A stretch of DNA of 29,896 nt from a bacterium (GTDB lineage Bacteria; Margulisbacteria; WOR-1; O2-12-FULL-45-9; XYB2-FULL-48-7), in assembly GCA_043812655.1 (NCBI GenBank), contig JBDRLW010000031.1, forward strand, positions 1 through 29,896, written 5' to 3'. The position numbers were made by a program, and so were the translations under genes. This document shows, piece after piece, positions 1 through 7,835 of this stretch. Each line of letters begins with the position of its first letter. Positions within the stretch are counted from its first letter, which is position 1. The notes beneath the pieces are model-generated. The model saw nothing but the letters and a program-made list of their open reading frames with translations, did not search any database and was not told the origin of the DNA.

Positions 1-318
1 TCTAAAACCGAGCGACTTGACTTTGACAGTCACATAGATGATATTATCCCTGCCTTGCGAAAAATAAAAGCCGATCGTTTTCTCCTCAAAAGCTGAACCG
101 AAGTATGAAATAGCCAAGGCAATTAAATAAGGATGATCAAATCCCTCGGGCCGGAAGAGTTGGAAATCATTCCCTCCTAGTTTAAAATCAGTTAAATGGG
201 AATGGGCTTTTGCTTGTTCCATGGTTATTTTCCGATCGCATGCCGCTGCAGAGGCTCGTTTTCTTATTGGAATCTTAGGGTGGGACGGATAAACAGATGA
301 TGATGTTATTCTTGTCAT
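1..318 (-). CDS. Hypothetical protein, partial (runs off the window edge)
   Basis: Hand translation from ATG at 318 gives MTRITSSSVYPSHPKIPIRKRAS...VKVKSLGFR, 106 codons with no stop to position 1. Not in the ORF track because no stop lies inside the window. Confidence 0.6.
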   Translation of the reverse strand, partial: MTRITSSSVYPSHPKIPIRKRASAAACDRKITMEQAKAHSHLTDFKLGGNDFQLFRPEGFDHPYLIALAISYFGSAFEEKTIGFYFSQGRDNIIYVTVKVKSLGFR

Positions 319-328
319 CTTAATATAT

Positions 329-355
329 TTATCAAGTGATTTTCTGGGGGATTTC
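329..355 (-). promoter_or_regulatory. Possible sigma28/FliA-like promoter
   Basis: GAAA-N15-CTTGATAA (consensus TAAA-N15-GCCGATAA), 10 nt upstream of ATG 318. Imperfect match. Confidence 0.3.
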
Positions 356-396
356 AGGGAATATTGGGAGAGGGTAGATTATCAGAATAAACATAG

Positions 397-402
397 TATA
401 AT
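397..402 (+). promoter_or_regulatory. Sigma70-type -10 box of the first operon
   Basis: TATAAT 18 nt upstream of ATG 421. No clear Shine-Dalgarno (SD) site. Confidence 0.5.
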
Positions 403-420
403 AGCGACAAATCTCTTTAA

Positions 421-1233
421 ATGATTTATTTTACCTTTACTATTGACGGCGATTGGGAAGAATATTATTCAACCGATCTGCCGGCAGAAAAAAGAAAGCC
501 GGAGAAAAAGATCTTTCTGGCCTGGCTGGATAAAGAACTTGCGCTGGCCGCCAGGTATTTACAAGGAAAATTCATCCACTTTATCCACACCTCTCCTTTG
601 GCCAGGGATTTTTTCCTGCAGTCGGAATTTATCGCCAAATGGCAAGAGATAGAAGCTCAGGGGGGAAACGTCGGTTTGCATTGCCATGAAGACCAGCCGC
701 ATAAAGCATATTATTATGATGACGCGGAGAAAATGAAAAAAGCGATCGGGTTTTTAGCGGCGGGGCTCCGTGAGAAAAAAATATCGCCAGTTGCCAACCG
801 GGCGGGTTACCTGGCTTTTAGCGCTAAAACTATCCCGATCCTGGAAGCGAATAATATTCTTCTTGATTTTTCCTGCGAACCGGGCCGTTACCTGTGGCAT
901 GAAAAAAAATTAGTCTCTGATTGGCGGGGAGCGCCGGATAATATTTATCGGCTTGATCATAACGACCATCGCCGGGCTGGCGACAGCCGGGTGCTGGAGA
1001 TCCCGCTGGCGATCTATATCGAACGGGATCCACTTTGGCGGATCTGGAGAAAAGCCTTGGCGTTAAAACGAAAGGGCGGTTTCCAGATAGTTTCGGTCTT
1101 GACCCATTCTTACGAGTATAATTCTTTTTGGAGAAGGGTTAAAATAAAGCTTGCCATTTTAATTTTAAAAAGATATGGTTCTTTTGTGGGAGCCAAAGAG
1201 ATCGAAAAATTGGCCAAAGGGGGAAAGCTATGA
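421..1233 (+). CDS. Polysaccharide deacetylase (CE4/NodB-like) family protein
   Basis: N-terminal FTIDGD, GLHCH metal-binding motif, RAG motif, EIP motif and a late THSYE motif, in the order typical of CE4-like barrels. Confidence 0.65.
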   Translation: MIYFTFTIDGDWEEYYSTDLPAEKRKPEKKIFLAWLDKELALAARYLQGKFIHFIHTSPLARDFFLQSEFIAKWQEIEAQGGNVGLHCHEDQPHKAYYYDDAEKMKKAIGFLAAGLREKKISPVANRAGYLAFSAKTIPILEANNILLDFSCEPGRYLWHEKKLVSDWRGAPDNIYRLDHNDHRRAGDSRVLEIPLAIYIERDPLWRIWRKALALKRKGGFQIVSVLTHSYEYNSFWRRVKIKLAILILKRYGSFVGAKEIEKLAKGGKL

Positions 1234-2165
1234 AGATCGGGATCGCTAAAGAAAAAACTCCAGGAGAGACCAGGGTCGCTCTTTTACCGGAGGAGGTGGC
1301 GCGGATAGTCAAAGCTAAAAATCAAGTCTTTGTCGAAAAAGACGCTGGCGCCGGGATTTTTATTCCTAACGAGGAATATAAAGCGGCGGGCGCAAACATT
1401 ATGGAGGATCCGGCGGATATATACAGCAAAGACTTAGTAGTCAAGCTTAAAGTTCCGACGCCCCAGGAATTCCATTTACTAAAAATAAAAAATAATGTCC
1501 TCCTCTCCATGTTCCACCACCAGCAGCAGCCGTGGAATGTGGACCTGCTCAAATCGGCCAACAGTTATGTGGTCGCTTTGGAGATGCTGAAGAACGAAGC
1601 GGGGGAGCGTTTGGTCGAATGCAACCGGATGACCGGGGAGCAGGGGATGCTGATGGCTTTTAATTACGCTTTAAAGACGCCGGAAGAGTGTCGGGTCTTG
1701 ATGCTTGGTTATGGGGAGGTGGCTTCCGGGGCGCTGCAAGCCGCTTTCGCGCTCGGTTCTTATGTGAAAATTATGCGCCGGGCCGACTTTGCCCAAGTTA
1801 AACATTATTTGAAAGATAAAGATATTGTCGTTAACGCCCTGAAATGGCCGGACGAAAAACGCCAAAAGAAAGAATATCTAGTGAGCAGGGAAATGTTGAA
1901 AATATTAAATAAAGGGGCGCAGGTTTTAGATTTGGCGGTCGATTATCCGGGGCCGATCGAAACGACCCGTCCCACAACTATCAGCGATCCATTTTATTTT
2001 GAAGAAGGGATTAGGCATATCAGTATTTACGGCTATCCCGCGCTCTCGCCAATCTCCAGCTCACGGCGCTACAGCCGGCAAATAGTCGAGATCGTTTTAC
2101 AGATCGCCAGCAATGGTTTAGGGAAAGCTCCGGAATATATTAAAAAAGCGATCGTTAAAGGTTAA
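1230..2165 (+). CDS. AlaDH/PNT-superfamily NAD(P)-dependent oxidoreductase (alanine dehydrogenase / N5-carboxyethylornithine synthase-like)
   Basis: KE..GETRVALLP, VEKDAGAG, VKLKVP, Rossmann LGYGEVASGA and DLAVDYPGPIET. At 311 aa it is shorter than a typical AlaDH. ATGA overlap with the upstream gene. Confidence 0.8.
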   Translation: MKIGIAKEKTPGETRVALLPEEVARIVKAKNQVFVEKDAGAGIFIPNEEYKAAGANIMEDPADIYSKDLVVKLKVPTPQEFHLLKIKNNVLLSMFHHQQQPWNVDLLKSANSYVVALEMLKNEAGERLVECNRMTGEQGMLMAFNYALKTPEECRVLMLGYGEVASGALQAAFALGSYVKIMRRADFAQVKHYLKDKDIVVNALKWPDEKRQKKEYLVSREMLKILNKGAQVLDLAVDYPGPIETTRPTTISDPFYFEEGIRHISIYGYPALSPISSSRRYSRQIVEIVLQIASNGLGKAPEYIKKAIVKG

Positions 2166-2193
2166 ATATTTCCGGAAAAAGGAGTGGATAACT

Positions 2194-3774
2194 ATGGGCC
2201 GTAATGAGCAGAAGCAGTACGAATCGCTAAGTCCTTTTGAATTGAAAAATAAACTGATCCAAATGGCCGAATTGCGCGGTGAAAAGATGATGCTGAATGC
2301 CGGGAGGGGAAACCCCAACTGGGTAGCGATGACCCCCCGCAAAGCTTTTGCCGAGCTAATGCTTTTCGCGGTGGAAGAATCGGAGCGCCAGCCGCACCGC
2401 AAGAGGCTGGGGAATATGCCGGAGAAAAAGGGGATCGCTAATCGGCTCCAGGCCTTTATCAGTAAAAAGCCGGACCGGCCCGGGCCCGCGTTCCTGAAGG
2501 CCGCTCTGGAGTATCTACGCCGGGAATTGAAGATCAACCTGGATGATTTTGTCCAGGAGATGGCCGACGCTATCCTGGGGGACCATTATCCGACTCCCGA
2601 CCGGATGCTGACGCTCTCCGAAAAGGTCGTCCACGAATATTTACGGCGGGAGATGGGGTTAAGGGATAAGTTCGATCTTTTTCCGACCGAGGGGGGGACC
2701 GCGGCGATGGATTATATTTTTTCCTCGCTGATGGAGAACAAACTGGCCCATAAAGGCGACAAGATCGCGCTGGGGACGCCGATCTTTACCCCATACATTG
2801 AGATCCCGCGCCTTAATGATTACCAGTTTGTCGAGCTCAACCTGGAGCAGGACGAGAACAATGACTGGCAGTATCCGGACGCCGAACTGAAAAAGCTGGA
2901 AGATCCGTCGGTCAAAGCCTTTTTCCTGGTCAACCCTTCCAACCCGACCTCGGTTGCCATCCAGAAGAAGACGCTGGAGAAGATCGGGAAACTGGTCAGG
3001 AGCAAGCGGCCGGACTTGATTTTATTGACCGACGATGTCTACGGGACTTTTGTCAACGGCTTCAATTCGCTGGCCGCGGTCGCTCCGCGGAACACGATCC
3101 TGGTCTATTCCTATTCCAAATATTTTGGCGCGACCGGCTGGCGGCTGGGGGTGATCGGCCTCCAGGAAAATAATATTTTGGATAAGATGATCAGACAGCT
3201 GCCCAAAAGTGAGCGGGCGGAGCTCCATCAGCGTTACAGCACGGTGGAACTGGATCCGGACAACATGAAATTCATCGACCGGCTGGTAGCCGACAGCCGT
3301 TCGGTGGCGCTGCACCACACCGCCGGACTTTCCACTCCCCAGCAGGTGATGATGGTCCTTTTTTCGCTCTACTGTTTAACGGACAAGAAAGGGGCGTATA
3401 AAGCGGAAGCCCAGTCGATCGTCCAGGAAAGATTTGCAGAACTTTATCAGGCGATTGGCCTCCCCGCGCCGCGGCATGAAGCCGACGCCCATTATTATAC
3501 GACCATTGATATCCCGAAACTGGCGCGGGAGCGCCACGGCGCGGATTTTTCCCGCTGGCTGACGCGGGAGCATGAGCCGATCGATTTTGTCTGGAGATTG
3601 GCCAAAGAGCATAATGTCGTTTTAATGGACGGGGGCGGGTTTGACGCGCCGAATATGTCGATCCGCGTTTCGCTGGCCAACCTGCCGCTCCCGGCTTATC
3701 AAAAGATCGGCCAGGCGATCAGCGCCCTGCTGGAAAAATACCACCGTGAATGGCAGGCGGGGAGGCGGTCATGA
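2194..3774 (+). CDS. aspD: Aspartate 4-decarboxylase (PLP-dependent, L-Asp to L-Ala + CO2)
   Basis: LSPFELKN, LNAGRGNPNW, TEGGTAAM, VNPSNP, DDVYGTF and PLP-lysine motif SYSKYFGATGWRLG. SD AAGGAG. Adjacent to aspT. Confidence 0.95.
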   Translation: MGRNEQKQYESLSPFELKNKLIQMAELRGEKMMLNAGRGNPNWVAMTPRKAFAELMLFAVEESERQPHRKRLGNMPEKKGIANRLQAFISKKPDRPGPAFLKAALEYLRRELKINLDDFVQEMADAILGDHYPTPDRMLTLSEKVVHEYLRREMGLRDKFDLFPTEGGTAAMDYIFSSLMENKLAHKGDKIALGTPIFTPYIEIPRLNDYQFVELNLEQDENNDWQYPDAELKKLEDPSVKAFFLVNPSNPTSVAIQKKTLEKIGKLVRSKRPDLILLTDDVYGTFVNGFNSLAAVAPRNTILVYSYSKYFGATGWRLGVIGLQENNILDKMIRQLPKSERAELHQRYSTVELDPDNMKFIDRLVADSRSVALHHTAGLSTPQQVMMVLFSLYCLTDKKGAYKAEAQSIVQERFAELYQAIGLPAPRHEADAHYYTTIDIPKLARERHGADFSRWLTREHEPIDFVWRLAKEHNVVLMDGGGFDAPNMSIRVSLANLPLPAYQKIGQAISALLEKYHREWQAGRRS

Positions 3775-5450
3775 TCGAAATTGCGCGCGGCTATCCGCAG
3801 ATCGTGATCTTCCTGGCGATCGCCATTGGGTATTATCTCGGCAAAATTAAGTTCTGGGGTTTTTCCCTCGGTTCCACGGCCGGCGTGCTGCTCGCCTCGC
3901 TGGTTTTGGGACAGCTGAATATCGAGATCCATCCGTTGTTGCGCTCGGTCGGCTTCGCGCTGTTTATTTTTACTATTGGTTACCGGGTGGGACCCTCTTT
4001 TTTTGGCGCCCTGCGCAAAGAAGGATTAAATTATATCTGGGTCTCGCTGGTAGTTGCGGTGACAGGCTTACTGACTGCGCTGGCTTTGGGAAAAATTTTG
4101 GGGTTTGATGCCGGGACTACCGCTGGCTTACTGGCCGGCGCGATGACCCAATCAACGGTCATCGGGACGGCTGACGGGGCCATCCTTGGCTTGCCGATCT
4201 CCGCCGCCCAAAAAACGGCGCTGCAAAGCCACGTGGCGATCTCTTATGCCATCACTTATATTTTCGGCGTGGCCGGCTTGATCGTCTTTTTTAAACTTAT
4301 TCCCAGGCTATTGGGGATTAACTTGAAACAAGAAGCCCGGGAGCTGGAAGAAAAAATGTCGGGCGGCGCGGCCGGGGGAGAGAGTCCGGAGCTGTTTTCC
4401 TGGTATAAGATGACCGGTTTGCGCGGCTACCAAGCGGCCAACAGCGGTATCGCCGGCAAGAAAGTAGCTGAAATAGAGGCAATGTTTTCCAGCAAGGTTG
4501 CGGTGGAAAGGATCAGGCGGGGAGAAAAGCTCTGGGATTTTTCGCCCGAGACCGTGGTGCAAATAGGGGATGAGGTTGCGCTGGCCGGCGGGCGCCAGGG
4601 GTTGATCCAAGCGGAAAAGATCATCGGGCCGGAGATCGATGACGGGCTTCTCTGCGATATCCTGGGCGAGAGTTTGGAGGTTTGCGTGCTGAATCCCAAA
4701 GTGGCGGGAAAAACTTTGGGCGAGATCAGCCGGGAGATCGGGCACGGCTGCTTTTTAAGAAAGCTGACCAGGGAGGGGCATGAATTGCCGCTGACCCGGG
4801 AAACTGTCGTTAATAAATGCGACCTGCTGACGCTCGTCGGGGTGAAAAAAGAGCTGGACCAAAATATTGAATACTTAGGTTACGTGGAGCGGCCGACCAA
4901 TACGACCGACCTGATCATGGTCAGCCTGGGTTGTGTCCTGGGCTCCCTGATCGGGCTGATCGTCGTCCCTGTTTTTGGCGTCCCGGTCACTCTCGGGGTA
5001 GGGGGCGGAGTTTTATTGGCGGGTTTGATTTGCGGCTGGCTGCGCGCGGTCCATCCGACTTTTGGACAGATCCCGGGCGGGGCACAATGGATCTTTACCG
5101 ATCTCGGTTTGAATTTATTTATCGCCTGCGTCGGGTTGACGGCCGGCCCGCAGGCGCTGCAGGCGCTGAAGAGTTCCGGCGGCGCGATCTTTTTGGCCGG
5201 GGCGGTCCTCTCGCTGATGCCGATGATCGTTGGGCTCTTCTTTGGCCGGGTAGTTTTGAAATTAAATCCGGTGCTGCTTTTGGGAGCGCTGACCGGAGCG
5301 GGGACAGTTACCCCTGCGCTGAACGCCTTAAAAGATGAAGCGGAGAGCTCGGCGCCGGCGCTGGGGTACGCGGTCCCTTACGCGTTTGGCAACGTGGTCC
5401 TGACGGTCTGGGGGACGATCATCGTCCACGTCATGGCGGCGCTAAGATGA
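3771..5450 (+). CDS. aspT: Aspartate:alanine antiporter (AAE family, two TrkA-C domains)
   Basis: N- and C-terminal TM bundles (GLLAGAMTQS, GAGTVTPAL, LGYAVPYAFGN) around a soluble TrkA-C region. Start moved to ATG 3771 (SD GGAGG, ATGA overlap with the aspD stop). Confidence 0.92.
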   Translation: MIEIARGYPQIVIFLAIAIGYYLGKIKFWGFSLGSTAGVLLASLVLGQLNIEIHPLLRSVGFALFIFTIGYRVGPSFFGALRKEGLNYIWVSLVVAVTGLLTALALGKILGFDAGTTAGLLAGAMTQSTVIGTADGAILGLPISAAQKTALQSHVAISYAITYIFGVAGLIVFFKLIPRLLGINLKQEARELEEKMSGGAAGGESPELFSWYKMTGLRGYQAANSGIAGKKVAEIEAMFSSKVAVERIRRGEKLWDFSPETVVQIGDEVALAGGRQGLIQAEKIIGPEIDDGLLCDILGESLEVCVLNPKVAGKTLGEISREIGHGCFLRKLTREGHELPLTRETVVNKCDLLTLVGVKKELDQNIEYLGYVERPTNTTDLIMVSLGCVLGSLIGLIVVPVFGVPVTLGVGGGVLLAGLICGWLRAVHPTFGQIPGGAQWIFTDLGLNLFIACVGLTAGPQALQALKSSGGAIFLAGAVLSLMPMIVGLFFGRVVLKLNPVLLLGALTGAGTVTPALNALKDEAESSAPALGYAVPYAFGNVVLTVWGTIIVHVMAALR

Positions 5451-5524
5451 AGCTTTTGCAAGGATCGAACTGTCTGAAACAACTCCAAATCGACCTGTCT
5501 ATCCACCGAGAGTAAGTTTCCTTT

Positions 5525-5566
5525 AAAAAAAACCACCCTCCAAGGTTTTATTGAGGAGGGCGGTTT
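5525..5566 (-). terminator. Rho-independent terminator between convergent genes
   Basis: Stem AAACCACCCTCC...GGAGGGCGGTTT, followed by a T8 tract on the minus strand. Confidence 0.75.
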
Positions 5567-5591
5567 AGCTTCTAATTTGAAAACAATGGGT

Positions 5592-5921
5592 TTATTTTAT
5601 AATATTTTTAGCCTTTATAAAGGCCTCTTTAATATTCTCCGCGGCTTTAAGGAGCCCGTCTTTAAGTTCATCAGCGACCTGTCCGGTGGTTCCCTTAATA
5701 TCATTGTATTTTTGGCGGAGAGCATTAATGTTTGATTCCAAACTATTAATTTGTTCCAAATAGGTGGCTTTAACGCCGGAAGAAGCTTCTTCCGCCTTGA
5801 CCTTTAGTTCCGCCAATTTAGCTGCCCATTCATTGATTTGAGATTCTATTTTTTCTTTTTCGAAATTTATTTTCTCGGCTTTAACCTGGGCGTTGCTTTG
5901 ATCTTCCTTGCTCTGGTTCAT
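5592..5921 (-). CDS. Small coiled-coil hypothetical protein
   Basis: 109 aa, amphipathic K/E/A-rich helices (EWAAKLAELKVKA). SD-like GGGGGTG. Confidence 0.75.
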   Translation of the reverse strand: MNQSKEDQSNAQVKAEKINFEKEKIESQINEWAAKLAELKVKAEEASSGVKATYLEQINSLESNINALRQKYNDIKGTTGQVADELKDGLLKAAENIKEAFIKAKNIIK

Positions 5922-6001
5922 TTTCTCACCCCCTTTGACAAATAAAACCTAATGATTTTAATCTTTCTTTTTCCTGCTTAAGGGCTTGGGAAAAAGTTGG
6001 T

Positions 6002-6265
6002 TCATTCTTTTGTTGGCTCCCGTGCTGTGAGCGCTTTTATTTTATTCTCCAGTTCATTTATTTTTTTTCGATTCTTAATGTATTGCGGAAAACCGAAAAA
6101 AACCGCCAAGAGTATGCCTAGTAAAATAGAGAATAGGATAATTATCGCTAAGGGAACGGCAGGAGCTATCCAAAAAACCAAGTTTATTGATACCAAAATG
6201 CTATTGAGATATACAAAAACAGCAATTCCTGTCGCAAACAAAACCCCATAAATCAATCTACTCAT
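6002..6265 (-). CDS. LapA (DUF1049)-like small membrane protein
   Basis: TM1, N...V.INL.FW....PLAIIIL.S.LLG TM2, then a basic coiled-coil tail. This is the LapA architecture. Confidence 0.7.
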   Translation of the reverse strand: MSRLIYGVLFATGIAVFVYLNSILVSINLVFWIAPAVPLAIIILFSILLGILLAVFFGFPQYIKNRKKINELENKIKALTAREPTKE

Positions 6266-6324
6266 ATTATTAATATTCCTATATGCCCAGGTGCCGGATG
6301 ATGGCGCTATCGCGCCTTTAATTG

Positions 6325-7041
6325 CTACCGGTTATATAATTCTTCTTCGATCAACTTTAAATAAGCGGTATGTTGTTCACCGGATTCCATCTGGGTGACC
6401 GCGCTAAACATGGCCATGGGATCTTCTGCCCCTTCCATCTGCTCTTCGAGCGTCTGGAACTTATAATTGTAGGGGATCCGGAAGACGATCATTAGTTTTG
6501 GTTTTTCGTCCCGGCCGATGACCGCGGCGGTTGTTGTCGCTTCACCACTGGCATTGTAAACCTCAAAAGAAGGAAAACTTCTCCCCTCCAGGTCAGAGAC
6601 CCAATCCCACTTGATCGGCTTGGTGGTCTTTTTCGACGACTCCCGATCTTCTTCCACGATCTTGTGTAAAGCTTCGCCCAGTGTCCGCAAGAAACCAAGG
6701 TCATGCACCTCGACGATCTTTTTGCCGGGGACCAGGAAACCGGTAAAATCGACGATCCCCTTCTTATCGAAAAGGATCAGCTCGTTCATTGTTAACCCTT
6801 TTTTTTGGATCCAGTTGGCCAGGACCTCGGGGCTGCCGGTCGCTTTCATCTGTTTCCATTTGATCTGTGGAGTGTAATAAAAGTCGATGTCCGGATATTT
6901 GCTTTCATCAAAAGTCGGGTTCTTGGGTCCGATGTGCAGGCCGATCGTCCGCTCCGGAGCGAACGGCATTATCGCCAAGGCTGGTACGATCAGTAAAGTG
7001 AAAGCCGCGAACAGGAAAATCATTTTATTAAATGATCTCAT
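6325..7041 (-). CDS. Exported hypothetical protein with redoxin-like sequence segments, no cysteine
   Basis: Signal peptide ending PALA, SD AGGAGG, segments LILFDKKGIV and GRSFPSFEVYNASG. Confidence 0.7.
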   Translation of the reverse strand: MRSFNKMIFLFAAFTLLIVPALAIMPFAPERTIGLHIGPKNPTFDESKYPDIDFYYTPQIKWKQMKATGSPEVLANWIQKKGLTMNELILFDKKGIVDFTGFLVPGKKIVEVHDLGFLRTLGEALHKIVEEDRESSKKTTKPIKWDWVSDLEGRSFPSFEVYNASGEATTTAAVIGRDEKPKLMIVFRIPYNYKFQTLEEQMEGAEDPMAMFSAVTQMESGEQHTAYLKLIEEELYNR

Positions 7042-7078
7042 TGTCTATTCCTCCTATTTTCAGTTTGGCGCAAGGGCT

Positions 7079-7759
7079 TTACAATTTTATCGGCTGGCTA
7101 ACCGAGAGGAAAACCCCGCTGTCGGTCAGGTTATCCCCGACTTTGTAAGTCGCGCAGCCGAGCGAAAAAGCGGTCCGTGATTCCCAGCCGAGATCGGCCA
7201 GGATCCCCAGATAAAGCTGGCTGCCCAGCCCTCCGGAAATTTTCCCCGTCCCGTAAAGGTTAAAAATGAGGCCGGCGCCGATGAAGGGATCAAGGCCGAA
7301 CAGCGACCCTTCTTTTAAATAAACCACGGCATCGGCAAAAAGCGGGACCGTTTTCAGTTTATCGGAAAAAGCGAACCCAAGGCCGAGCTTATATTCGACC
7401 GCGTCTTCCGCCAGGCCGATCTTTTCTCCTAAAAGAAGCGGGTCCGTAAAGATCAGATCGCCCCGAGCGCCCAAAAGGAGACTGCCGGATAAGATCTTCG
7501 CGCCGAGGTCGGCGTTAACTCCCCAGCCGAACATTCCTTTGGGGGCTTCCGGTTTAACGGTAATGACTGGCGGAGGCGGCGGTGGGATTTCGGGGACGAC
7601 TTTCGGGATAACATCTATTTTAGGCGGCGCTACCGGCGTGATCTGCGGCGTGACCACCTTGCGGACGGTCTTTTTGATCACTTTGCTTTGGGCCAGGGCC
7701 GGCAGGGTAGAAGAGAAAAGAAGAGTAATCAGTAAAGAGAGACAAAAAATATTATTCAT
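7079..7759 (-). CDS. Exported protein with Pro-rich linker and probable outer-membrane beta-barrel C-terminus
   Basis: Start reassigned to ATG 7759 (SD GAGGTG, signal peptide ending PALA). PPPPPP linker, then Gly/aromatic alternating strands. Confidence 0.7.
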   Translation of the reverse strand: MNNIFCLSLLITLLFSSTLPALAQSKVIKKTVRKVVTPQITPVAPPKIDVIPKVVPEIPPPPPPVITVKPEAPKGMFGWGVNADLGAKILSGSLLLGARGDLIFTDPLLLGEKIGLAEDAVEYKLGLGFAFSDKLKTVPLFADAVVYLKEGSLFGLDPFIGAGLIFNLYGTGKISGGLGSQLYLGILADLGWESRTAFSLGCATYKVGDNLTDSGVFLSVSQPIKL

Positions 7760-7777
7760 TTTAATCACCTCGGGAAG

Positions 7778-7828
7778 AGTATAACAATCACTAGCCAGCT
7801 GGTCAAGGGCGACTAATGTTGATAGAAT
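7778..7828. promoter_or_regulatory. Overlapping divergent sigma70-type promoters
   Basis: Minus strand: TTGACC-N17-TATACT. Plus strand: TGGTCA-N17-TAGAAT, 7 nt before ATG 7836 (leaderless-like). Confidence 0.6.
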
Positions 7829-7835
7829 AACCAAG

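Noticed and set aside
1..96. Possible plus-strand gene end (SKTERLDFDSH...LKS*)
   Set aside because: It is the antisense frame of the longer minus-strand ORF, which has a start and a promoter candidate. It cannot be fully excluded without upstream sequence.
1230..2165. Assigning the symbol ald
   Set aside because: It is shorter than AlaDH, lacks the AlaDH-specific central segment and has an atypical cofactor fingerprint, so the function is uncertain.
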